Part shown: in pieces, positions 1 through 10,409 of the stretch
Layout: each line of letters starts with the position of its first letter
How positions within the stretch are numbered: the stretch's first letter is position 1
Assembly (NCBI GenBank): GCA_043228905.1
Contig: JBHGNT010000262.1
Coordinates: 1 to 43,568, forward strand
Reading direction: 5' to 3'
DNA length: 43,568 bases
Source: Azolla caroliniana
Taxonomy: Eukaryota > Plantae > Polypodiophyta
Program-made: the position numbers and the translations under genes
The notes under the pieces: model-generated
Database searches by the model: none
Told to the model about the DNA's origin: nothing
Seen by the model: only the letters and a program-made list of their open reading frames with translations

Positions 1-9
1 AAAAGACGC

Positions 10-610
10 GACCATTCTTGAGTATGAGGAAAGGGAAAGGATAACTTCCAATGAAGTAGAGCTTCATGATTGAAGTGTGCTTAGTAGAAATCATTATTGA
101 GAAAATGGAAGAAATCACTTTCGACAAAGAGTAATATTTTGATCGAAGTGTGCATAATATAGTTAGATGGTAAAATCATGTAAATGATAACACAATCTTT
201 GCAAAAGTCATGTTTGGCAACCACGAAGTGTTTGTGGATAAGAAGAAAAAGACATGACCATTCTCAAGTATGAGTAAAGGGAAAGAATAACTTCCAATGA
301 ACTAGAGCTTCATGATTTAAATGTGCTTAGTATAACAAAATGTCGGATCCAATAAATGACAACATGATCTTCGTGGAAGTCGTGCGTGATAACCATGAAG
401 TAGATAAGATGAAAGAAGGCGGGAGCATTCTCGACTATGAGATAAGGGAAAATTTACTTCCAAATGAAGTTCAACTCTCCAATCAAAGTGTGCATAGCAT
501 AACCATATGGTCAGATCCACTAGATGATAACACAATCTTCGTAAATTTCATGTGTGACAACCATGAAGTTCTTGTGGATGAGAAGAGGAAGAGGATGGAC
601 ATATAAGAAG
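10..610 (+). repeat. Degenerate tandem repeat, about 3 units of ~170-250 bp, purine-rich and coding-like; probably internal to a retroelement
   Basis: The motif GACCATTCT..AGTATGAG..AAGGGAAA..TAACTTCCAATGAA recurs near 10, 257 and 423, and GATAACACAATCTT..CAACCA(C/T)GAAGT recurs near 185, 357 and 525. ORF 340-606 has internally repeated peptides (DNMIFVEVVRDNHEV / DNTIFVNFMCDNHEV). Confidence 0.6.
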
Positions 611-1908
611 GTCCATCAAAGAGACGTGACATAAGAAACACTAAGAAAGAAGACATAATCAAGTCGATCTTCAAAGAAATGAGAGAAACAAGAAAAAAGG
701 TGGAACAAATACCTTGATCCACATGCATGGATATTAAAGAATTTGCCAAGAAAAGGAAAAAAAGAATCATGCCTACTTGCAAGAGAAAATTAGTCATTGA
801 GCCTCCAAAAATCTAGAGTAGTGATAATAAAATATTAATTAATAAGATGCTATTGTGAATTGTGCTATTATAGCACAAAACTTGTAGACCATGGTTTCTG
901 CAAAACCATGGGTTAAGACCACAATTTTGCACATTAATAGCCCATGGTTTCAATATATAAAAGCTATGAATCTAGCCAAGATTCTGTTTCGAAGAGACAC
1001 TATACAAATTCGTCATTTGAATGAAAATGATCATTCGATTATAAAGTCAGAAAATAATAGAACATTTAAATGCATTATACAATCTCATTTCTTGTCTGAT
1101 ATCTTGTCTTTTGTCTCTTATATGCATCTCACTTGTCTATTATTAGATCCAACCATCTATATCATTTATCTTTTGAAGTATGTGTTGGTTTCTTCAACTA
1201 GGACAATTTGACCCTAAAACATTCATATACACCTAGCTTTCCATAGAGACCATACAACAACTAGAGCCAATCGATCCCACAACTCCTTTAATTACAAAAC
1301 AACATTCAAGAAAACATTAGATCCTACAATAATGCAACCTAGCATCCAATTTGTTAATTTTGAAAGTGTGACTAGAGTCCATCTCATAAGAAGAAACTAA
1401 ATTATGAAAGCAACTCCTAACCACATTGTCCCATGAAATGAAGCTCATCAATCTCGTAATCACAAAAATTCTCAAGAGCCTACACCATTACATTACACTC
1501 CAAAAAAAAATGCCTACAATATTCATGTGATTGGCAAATTGGACAACCTACCTGAGCATGGGGTATCCATATACCAACCTTAACCAACAACCATTGAAAA
1601 TTTGTAATTCTTGGAGCAATTGGCCTTTGTTAAATTTGACCCCAAAAATTGTTGGAATAAAAGTTCCACTCTGCCCACGTTGTATCTCTAGTGTGAACAC
1701 TCCGTTAACCAAACTATAAAAGTAGGTAACTGTACATTGTAAGTGCGTTCGACAGGTAATGTAAAATTATGTCTTTTGAGAAAACTCTGTGTACCTCTCT
1801 CTCTCTCTCTTGAACATCCAGAGTCACTACTCACTTTCACACGTATCATGTGAAATGTAATATTTTTGGTCTCATAGGTCATATTTGACCTCCGAAGACG
1901 ATAATTTA

Positions 1909-1940
<32 letters not shown>
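1909..1940. repeat. (ATCT)n microsatellite
   Basis: Read directly, about 8 units. Confidence 0.95.
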
Positions 1941-2095
1941 CAGTATTCTTTCTTGATAGGAACAATGAATCTAACCTTCATCCGTTAGTTGTTCATTTGT
2001 TAACTCCACACACAGGATCCTCATACACTTCCGAAGTGGTTGGTCATCATCTCATCTCGTAGCAACCGACAAAGACACTCACAATTTCAAGAAAG

Positions 2096-4751
2096 TACTA
2101 TCAGAGCGATTCAGACTTTAGTAGGAACAACACAAGGAGAAGGATATGTTGCTGAAGAAAAGGACCAAGCCAACAATCTCACATCCAACAAAACATGGCT
2201 TCAACATTCGACACATGAGTGGAAATCCGGAAGTTCGATAGCAAAAATTTTGCCTTGTGGAAGGAGATGATGCAGGATGTACTCATCATCCAATGTCAGA
2301 TTGAAGCTATATGGCAGAACACCAAGCTGACTTCAATGACTGCAGAAGAATGAAGATCTCTAGATGAAATAGCCACATTGACCATTCGAATGTATCTGGC
2401 CGAAAACGTCTACTTTAGTATGGCCAAAGAGATGTTGGCTTACACCCTATGGGAGAAGTTGCAGGTTGTCTACGAAAAGAAATCGTCTTCATAAAGACTC
2501 ATATTGATCCGACTATTGTTGAATATTAAGATGAAGGAATCATAGCCAACAACATCCCACATCACCACATTTAGCCGGGTGTTGGCTGAACTCTCCTCGC
2601 AAGGACTGAACTTTGAAGAAGAATTCAAAGCCCTTGCACTTCTCTCGAGCTTTCCACTAAGTTGGGAGGTCTTATGCACCACGTTCACAAACAATTCTTC
2701 GAAGCTGACATTAGACGATACTATCGGAAGATATCTAGCGTAGGACAATGGGACTCACCATTGAAGAAAATGCAAAGCCCAGTTCTCACTAGAAATGGCT
2801 CAAAGAATTGGTTGAAGCCAAAGTCGGCCAAGGAGGAGAAATGTCTGACAATAATCGAAGTCGTGGAACGGGAAGCCGAATGTCTACTACACACACTACA
2901 GGAAGGCCGACAACAACGTTACCGACTACTGGTCATTAAATAGGAAGGGGAATGGTCGTAAATTTGATCAGGATACAGGTTCTTCTAAATCGAATTGTCC
3001 CCCATCTGGCAGCCAAATCAATGTTGCCGAATCTTGATCGGGAGAAGTCCTTTCAATTGAAGGCTCGACAACAGAAGAGATCATGTATAGTGCACAAGAT
3101 GCGCACACGTGGTTGCTCGATTCGGGTGCCACATTTCACATAACCCTCTGACCTGAATCGTTTTCGGACTATTTGGTCAGAGTCGGCGGCACAATTTGAC
3201 TCGACAATGGACAAGAGTGCCATATTGCTGCAATCGGCAAAATCCCTATTTGGCTACCGAATGGAAGTAGCATCATCCTGCACCATGTTCGGCATGTACC
3301 CAAGCTCAAAAGGAGTCTAGTCTCCATCGACATGCTAGCCAAGGTGGGTATAGGATGACACTAGGCAAGTCGTCATGGAAAATTACTAGAGGAAATCTGC
3401 TATGGCATGGATGACTAGGACACATGTCAGAAGACAGACTCAAATGTCTACCAACAATCAGCTACATACCAAAGCTCAACCATGCAGAGTTTGACTTTTG
3501 CGCGCATTGCCGATACGGGAAATAGACCCGAAACCCTCACTCTTTGCACTACGAGATGATACAACATTCCCTGGAGTTAATCCATACAAACATTTGCAAG
3601 CCAATGTTAGAAAGATCTCTAGGTAGCTCACGGTACTTCATCACATTTGTTGATGACTCTACATGGAAGGTTTGGGTGTACTCAATTAAGTCAAAAGATG
3701 AAGCGCTTGAGGTTTTCAGTAGATGGCTGAAAGAAGTCGAAAACCGATTTGGCCACAAAGTAAAAACACTCATGTGAGACAATGGAGGAGAATAAACCTC
3801 CAAAGACTTTGAAAATTACATATTCGAAAAGGGGATCCGGCATCAGAAAACCATTCTCTACACCCATAGTGTAGCTGAACGAATGAACTAGACTATAAAA
3901 GAACATGTGACGACAATGCTCCAGCGGGCCGAATTGAAGGTAGAGTTCTGGGCCGAAACACTACAAACGACTATTTACTTGATAAATCTATCACCGTCAA
4001 ATGCAATCATGCTCCAAGTGCCATAGGCACTATGGTCGGGAAGACAACCAACATATGATCGGCTTCGTATATTTGGATGCGAAGCCTATGCATTCGTCCC
4101 ATAGGAGAAAAGCATCAAGTTGGCACCCCATTCCACAAAGTGTATATTCCTCGGTTATGGAACCGATGGGGATTTTGGTTATTGGAGAATCAAAAATTAA
4201 TGCGTAGTAGTGATGTAATCTTCAATGAAGACTCAATTCTCTTCGGCTGATCCCAACAAAAAATAAGCAAAAAGGTCACTTTCGATCTTTTAGACAGAGA
4301 ATCCGAAGAAGACATGCCAATCGCCGAATACTAATAAGTTATTTGGTGAAACACCGGACAAGATTCAAGTAGTAACCCCCCAGCCAAATCCGAATCGGCG
4401 AAAGTTCCAATAGCTGACTTCGAATTGGATAGAAAATTGATCAGAACCGAGTCGACTAGGATGCCAAACGGCCGACCCAAACCGGCCAAGGCACCCACTC
4501 ACTGGTCGACTCCCAAAGAAGAGGGTGATCCGACACCAAGGCACGATGATTTCCTTAGTGGATCCCCACCACGATCTCCTTCACATCAAGGTTCAGAACA
4601 TGTTGATCGGTCATTCGAGCCAATTGAAGAACCTGAACCAAATAAATCGGCACCAAGGAGATCCAGACGAGTCTGAAGGCTGACAAAGTTTTTGTCAACT
4701 ATATGGATGCAGACGAACCCTGTTCTTACGAAGAAGCAATTGTCATGCCGG
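2096..4751 (+). mobile_element. Decayed Ty1/copia element (PBS-gag-PR-integrase), truncated before RT
   Basis: Degenerate Met-tRNA PBS TACTATCAGAGC at 2096-2107. Gag from ATG 2195 reads MASTFDT*VEIRKFDSKNFALWKEMMQD, paralleling the intact copia at 16705. Protease WLLDSGA near 3110. Integrase YFITFVDDSTWKVWVY in ORF 3544-3777. Ends at EPCSYEEA, where another LTR begins. Many stops and frameshifts. Confidence 0.9.
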
Positions 4752-5371
4752 TGTCGTGATGTTGCGTGTCCAATGGGAGAAAAAGTGAAAAAGTGAGGGT
4801 CCATGAACATTACACAAACACTTGTAAATATGAAAAAAACCCTAGGGCCTAGTGGCATTTTAGCGCATACAAAGAGGTGCAAGTAAAGTTTGAACCTTGC
4901 ATCTCCAAGATAAAAAACATTTGACTTACCATTAGGGCCACTATTAAATGCTTTAGATTTTGTGTATTTCCTTATCATATTCAGAATTCCATACAAAACA
5001 ACCGTATAAAACCGTGTGACCAAAACCATGGTTTTCAGCCCATGGTTTTGTGCATGTCATAAGCCAAATTGTGTGGCTCCAAGCCCATGGTTTTGTGCAT
5101 GGAGAAACCTATAAAAACCCTACTAGGGCTTGTGTAACGGGGGCTAAATATGTGATATCAACATCACCACCATCATCAATATGATATTCTTCTTTATCTT
5201 CTTCTTATTATCTACATCTCAAGTGTATAATCTTCGATCTTCTTGAATGTGTAACATTGTTTCCGCGACTCTTAAATTGACATCGTCCTCTTTTCGATAA
5301 CGTCCTCCCTATGCCAAGACCCTGGTGGTCCCGCTCGAGTAGCACACGTGTGCGTGCGAATCTTCGCAACA
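4752..5371 (+). repeat. Probable 5' LTR of a Ty3/gypsy-like element
   Basis: Begins TGTCGTGA and ends TCGCAACA; TATAAAA near 5110; followed by CATTTGGTC (PBS-like) and a gag-like ORF. Its 3' ~60 bp resemble the end of the LTR at 7062-7627. Confidence 0.65.
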
Positions 5372-5400
5372 CATTTGGTCAATCTTCGCGGCAGGGGAGG

Positions 5401-6060
5401 ATGAAGATGGATGAAGAATATCTCATGAAGGCAATGTCAAAGATCATAATGGAATTTTCAAGAAAAATGAAAAGACGAGATGTGGCCCTACAAGCCATTG
5501 AGAACGTGGTTGAGCAAGTCGGTTATCTCAACGGGGGCGAAGTCCAAAATTTTCTAAAAGCCTACAATGCCGAGATGGATTTGAGAGGTGTGAACAAAGC
5601 AATGAGGTTGGAGTACTTTTGTTGGGTGGTGGCTGAACTGATCTATGAAGTGATGAAAGACCTTCAACATGCTCATGACTTGTGGGGGTGCTTCAAAGAA
5701 CCTTTACGAGAGGCATATGGTTACGAAGAGCTGAAGGGACGAAGCCTGTACGAGTTCGACCAATGGGTATCATCGATGAAGAACCACCAGAGTGCCATGC
5801 ATGCTTTCCTTGAGTTCGAGTGTCACCTTGTTCAACTCTTAGAGTGGGATCAAGGATTGGTCGGGATGGATAAAGTCCTAATGTTCGTAAAGTCGGTTGA
5901 TCGGAAGGAAAGGATGGTCATTGGAATCCAACTTGAGGATGATGATGGTGCGAATGGCCTCACTAGGGATTGGGCCAAAGTAGAAAGAGTATGCCGACGA
6001 CATGACAAGAGGAAGATGGGAATCTGGTCAACAACATCATGGCCCATGAACGACAATTAA
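5401..6060 (+). CDS. Gag-like ORF of a truncated gypsy-like retrotransposon
   Basis: Part of the 249-aa ORF 5311-6060; ATG 5401 is the first ATG downstream of the LTR and PBS-like site. VGYLNGGEVQNFLKAY resembles the FxG...FL capsid N-terminal motif. No pol follows. Confidence 0.5.
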   Translation: MKMDEEYLMKAMSKIIMEFSRKMKRRDVALQAIENVVEQVGYLNGGEVQNFLKAYNAEMDLRGVNKAMRLEYFCWVVAELIYEVMKDLQHAHDLWGCFKEPLREAYGYEELKGRSLYEFDQWVSSMKNHQSAMHAFLEFECHLVQLLEWDQGLVGMDKVLMFVKSVDRKERMVIGIQLEDDDGANGLTRDWAKVERVCRRHDKRKMGIWSTTSWPMNDN

Positions 6061-7061
6061 AGGAGGATGAGATGTGGCAACACGCCACCACCGAAGAAAG
6101 AGAGCAAATGGATCCTTCAAATAATCTCCAGATTCCCATAGTAACTACACCAAAACCCACTTTTCCGTATTGACACCATGCAACCAAACACCTAAGCCAA
6201 CCAACAAGCAACAACATATGCTTTCATTAAAACTTCTTTACGATAAGCTAAGTGAAGTTAAGAAGTTGAGCAAGGTCTTGTCCATTTGTGCCCCCATTAG
6301 CCAAGATGCATGTTGAGAAACAACGAGCACAAAAATCCTTGCTAGCTTACATGGTAATGTTGCAACAAAAAGGAGTATTGGTAGAAAATTGGAATAACAT
6401 CCAAAAGAAATCTAGACAGAATATCACCTTTTTTATACTACAATATGAGTTGATCTTTAATGAAATAAAAGTACCGCCCTTTGTTGCACATATGAGTTTA
6501 CTCAAACAAAATACACATATCAATGGTGTTTCTCCTCATAACCATCCAACTCCACCAATGTTAGAAAGATGTATCCAATGTGATTATCGTCTCTAATTCA
6601 TTGTCAACTGTAGAGGCAAAGCTTTCATTTGTTTCTTTTTCTAACATTTTCACAATTAAAATGGCTATTTCATGACTGTGCTAGGTGTTGATCGTCAATC
6701 TAGGTGATGGGTCATCCAATACACTACTTTGTACAAAAGCAATTAATATGTCAATTAGTGAAACTATAGTGTAAATATGGAGAATGGAAAACAAAGGGGA
6801 AATTTTGAGATTAGTTGAATTAGCCACCACATAAGGGCATCAAAGACTATAATAGGAAGATATGAATGTAAGACTAATACATAACCCACTTTGGAGTTAA
6901 GGGATATGGAAGTATTGGTCATGTGATGAAGACGTGATGTCCTTTATGGCTTCCCCTTAGTTTCTGTGACTCTCCCATTGCCTTCATGGAAAGTCATTTC
7001 AATTCATTGAAAGTCTTTGTGATTTAGTGGTGATAATTCACGTGTTATGACACTAAAAAGT

Positions 7062-7627
7062 TGTCGTGAAGATTTCCGACTATAGTGTGAAACCAGGGTG
7101 GAATGGGCAAGTCGGTGGTGTGCAACATGTGCACATGTATAGTAGGAAAACGGTGTATAGAATAAGGGGGAGTATTTATCCCACATTGTAATATCCCTCC
7201 CTCCTTGGGCTATAAAAGGAAAGGAGGGGTCTCTTGTGAAGGGGTTGCCTATTTTGATTGAGAGAGGTATACCACTTAGGTCGAGGGGTTCTATTCGGTT
7301 TTAGGGTTTCTTCTTGGGTTTGTTTAGGGTTTCTATGCTTCTTTGTTTACTTATCCGGTTAGGGTTTTCTTGTAGTTGTTTTGGGGTGCGGCCTATGCGG
7401 CCTTGGTTGTAATCTTTGTGAACTCTTAATATAGCATGTGGATGTTTCTTGTCTTGTGGGTGTATCTTGCCTCCATCTATTCTACTCTATGTTTATGTGT
7501 CATTCTTCCTCTTCTTCTCTTGAGCTAATCTTCCATTTTGGGTCTTATTCCTTCTCCTCTACTCCCTAGTCCAAGAACCTCGTGGTCCCGCCTCGGATCT
7601 TACACGCACTCACGGAATATCGCGACA
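7062..7627 (+). repeat. Solo-like LTR related to 4752-5371
   Basis: TGTCGTGA...TCGCGACA termini; TATAAAAG near 7211; shared CCAAGA.CC..GTGGTCCCGC 3' motif. Flanks AAGT/ACGT give only an imperfect TSD. Confidence 0.65.
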
Positions 7628-7777
7628 ACGTGTCCTAGCTTTTGGGGGAACTCAAATGCACGAGCATATTCGTGGACATAATATTTGTACCCTTTAACAT
7701 ATAGTATTGCACATATTCAAGTATTGTAACTTCTTGGATGATAATTACCACAACACCTCTTAGTTTTCTATAATCAC

Positions 7778-8273
7778 TGTAAAAACAAATAGCGTGCGGA
7801 AGCAATAGAAAACAGAAAACAGAGAACAGGTTTAATGGAGAGCTTAACAGTACGCGGGAGAGACAGAGAGAGCAGAAAGAGAATCACTATTCAAAAATTA
7901 TATCAACACTCTGTACATAGTATGTGTTCAGCGAACACTTTCATACAAGTCCATACGGACTGACAGAAGTACAATGTACTTCAATGCTCACTCGAGTGTT
8001 TGACACTAACTACGAGAGTAATAACTCCCTAGTAGTCTAGCTGCTTTCGGTTATTGATGGATCCGGCTAACCGACTCCCTAGCTCACCAGCTCACCGATT
8101 CGTCTCGCTCACCGGCTCAAGCTTATTCAGCCGATCCGGCTCCAATTGAGCTTGCCGCTCAACAATCACCATATGACATGTGTGCATGATAGGTAACTGG
8201 AGTCTATGCATAATATGATGATGCATTATGTATAGAAGAAGCAACATATTGTCTGATCCATTTTGGTTCAACA
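7778..8273 (-). repeat. Probable copia-type LTR in reverse orientation
   Basis: TGT...ACA termini. The adjacent TTCTATAATCA (7766-7776) resembles a decayed reverse-complement Met PBS (GCTCTGATACCA). No TSD. Confidence 0.5.
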
Positions 8274-8429
8274 CTAGTCTTTGGCGCGTTCCTACAAATC
8301 TTGTCCTTGTTTATAATGCAAATTATTTTATTCTTATTTTCGTTTTCTTGTTAATCTGTTTTTCAATTTAATATAGTTTTTGGTCTCATCATATGATAGT
8401 TTGAGTTTCAATGTTGTATTTTTTTCATG

Positions 8430-8956
8430 TGTTACACATGGCATAAAGGGCAAGAGGTGTGAAATGAATCTAAAGAGACGAATAGGTCAATTAGGTAAAA
8501 AGGAACCGACCAAGCACTAGTAGCTGAGGAAGGTAAAACGAAATAGATGCAACCGAGATTAAAGGCCATGAATTAAGGGAAGTAGTTGAAGCGCGCCAAG
8601 GAGAGAACATGCTATATAAATCGTGGAACAGGTGAAGGAAGGGGGTGCGAGTATATATGCATATGTTATGTTATAAGAGAGAGAGAGTGAATAATATAAT
8701 CGGCCAATGTTGCCTTGTAATCAATTTTATCATAATCAATACACATACTTATTGGGTCATCTCTGTGTCTACTTTGTAATCTGTAATGTCGATTCAACTA
8801 CTCTTAAGTCTAAGTAGAATACGGGTTGTGGCCGGTTATCGTATAACTGATCGTCCTACTTGGCCCTATCGTACCATCCTTTGTAACCACGATCCTTTGT
8901 CCCGATTACTCAAGGGAGTAATCGAAGTTGTATCCCCGAGAAGGAGATTATTAACA
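8430..8956 (+). repeat. 5' LTR of the old gypsy element
   Basis: TGTTA...TAACA inverted termini, TATATAAA near 8613, PBS-like site 5 bp downstream. Confidence 0.7.
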
Positions 8957-9721
8957 CAATTTGGCAAGCCCGGTTCACGCTGTGAGGTCAGAGCAAATAA
9001 CGTAGGAGGACACCCCAGCCGCCATTACGACACCCAACCGCATCACACATTCTCAGCAACCATCCCACCGCGCCGAGCCAGCCGAGGGCACTTCTAACTC
9101 CATGCTCATGCAACAATCATTCCCCAACCTATCTGAGTCACACCCCTCGCTACCACCGACACCAGAAACTTAGTGTAACGTGATCCTTGACCCAACCCAT
9201 TTTCGGCATTACCTGAAGACCTAGACTAGGACACTATGTCGTACCTGTATCCTTGTTATACGGATGGTCTCGATGCTGAATCACACATCCACTCTTTTCA
9301 GTCAACTTGGCAAGCCCACCATTCGCCAAAGCGTCTCACCATTGTGGAGGTTGAGACATAAAAAATCGCGGAGTTCATACTGTCCCTTGATCGACCCACT
9401 ACACGGTGGTATTCCCACCACGATCCTGGGGAATTTGCGATGTTTCAGGAAGTTCGCATGTGATTCCTCAAACTTTTTCATCGCGAGATACCTAAGCGGG
9501 AATGTTGCGCTAGTTCTACACTATTGCACAAGAACCGCATGAGACGGTTTCACAGTTCACGATCTGCTTCCAGTATCTATATCGGCAACTCTCTCAAGAT
9601 GTGTCTGCAAACCATCTCAAAGACACCTTTCTAGTAGGACTACGGGAGCCTCTGTGTTGGGAGACAGGTCCCTCCGGATGGGAAGGGAGAAGAACAATGC
9701 TAATGAACAAACTCGGCCGAG

Positions 9722-9922
9722 GCCCAGCTACGGAGAGCCGGATGGTGCAGACCCGGTGAGAACCGGATGAGGAGTACCCGGCTACGGAGAGCCGGATGGT
9801 GCAGAACCCGATGAGAACCCGATGAGAAGTACCCAGCTACGGAGAGCCGGATGGTGCAGACCCGGTGAGAACCGGATGAGGAGTACCCGGCTACGGAGAG
9901 CCGGATGGTGCAGACCTGGTGA
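9722..9922 (+). repeat. 54-55 bp tandem repeat (about 3.6 copies) in the U3 of the solo LTR
   Basis: Unit GCTACGGAGAGCCGGATGGTGCAGACCCGGTGAGAACCGGATGAGGAGTACCCG starts at 9727, 9781, 9836 and 9890. Confidence 0.95.
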
Positions 9923-9977
9923 GGAGTGCTCACCGGATGAAGAGACATATTCGTAAATATGTTTCTGAGAGTCCATC

Positions 9978-10409
9978 TATCAGGAACAATACTAAGACAG
10001 AGAAGGAATTAGTACTAAAAGAAGTATTAGTACTAAGAGAGGTGAAGAACTCTCGAGAGAAGGAAAGAGTGAGTGAGAGGGAGGGAGAGAGAGATCGAGA
10101 GAGAGAGAGAGAGTGATGATAAGAAAAGATATATATTATGTGAAGAAAATGTACAGTAGCTAGGAGGCTTAAGACTGGCGTTGAACCGATTTGGTTCGAA
10201 ATAATGCCTTGTGCCTCCTTTTATAGTGTTCTAAGGAATACTCCTGAAGTTTCTAGAATGTTCCAGAGAAATCTGGAATATACATCAATTTTCTATAATA
10301 AAACATAAATGAAATTAATATTTTATGTATTACAATGTATAGTCTAATGGTCAAGAGCTCGACCCATGTAGTATAAGGTCATGGGTTCGAGTCTTGCCAT
10401 ATCATGACA
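9978..10409 (-). repeat. 3' LTR of the chromovirus
   Basis: Direct repeat of 14324-14758, with about a dozen substitutions and two small indels by eye; terminal TGT is mutated to TAT. Confidence 0.95.
10333..10405 (+). other. tRNA-like Pol III A-box/B-box module in the 3' LTR (not a foldable tRNA gene)
   Basis: TAGTCTAATGG at 10340-10350 and GGTTCGAGTCT at 10384-10394, 44 nt start to start. Confidence 0.55.

Noticed and set aside
820-1500. Possible additional LTR ending GGACA near 1205 followed by decayed gag
   Set aside because: TATA-like and PBS-like hints only; no partner LTR, TSD or convincing protein motif.
6125-7061. Possible minus-strand copia gag belonging to the 7778-8273 LTR
   Set aside because: Too decayed; only a weak knuckle-like remnant is visible, so it cannot be supported without an alignment.
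4752-7627. The two TGTCGTGA LTRs as the ends of one element
   Set aside because: Their interiors do not align and the outer flanks show no TSD.
9722-9922. Regular repeats resembling a CRISPR array
   Set aside because: Units are contiguous with no unique spacers, there are no cas genes, and the context is a eukaryotic LTR.
10333-10405. Functional tRNA gene
   Set aside because: Acceptor, anticodon and T stems do not pair properly; retained only as a tRNA-like promoter module.
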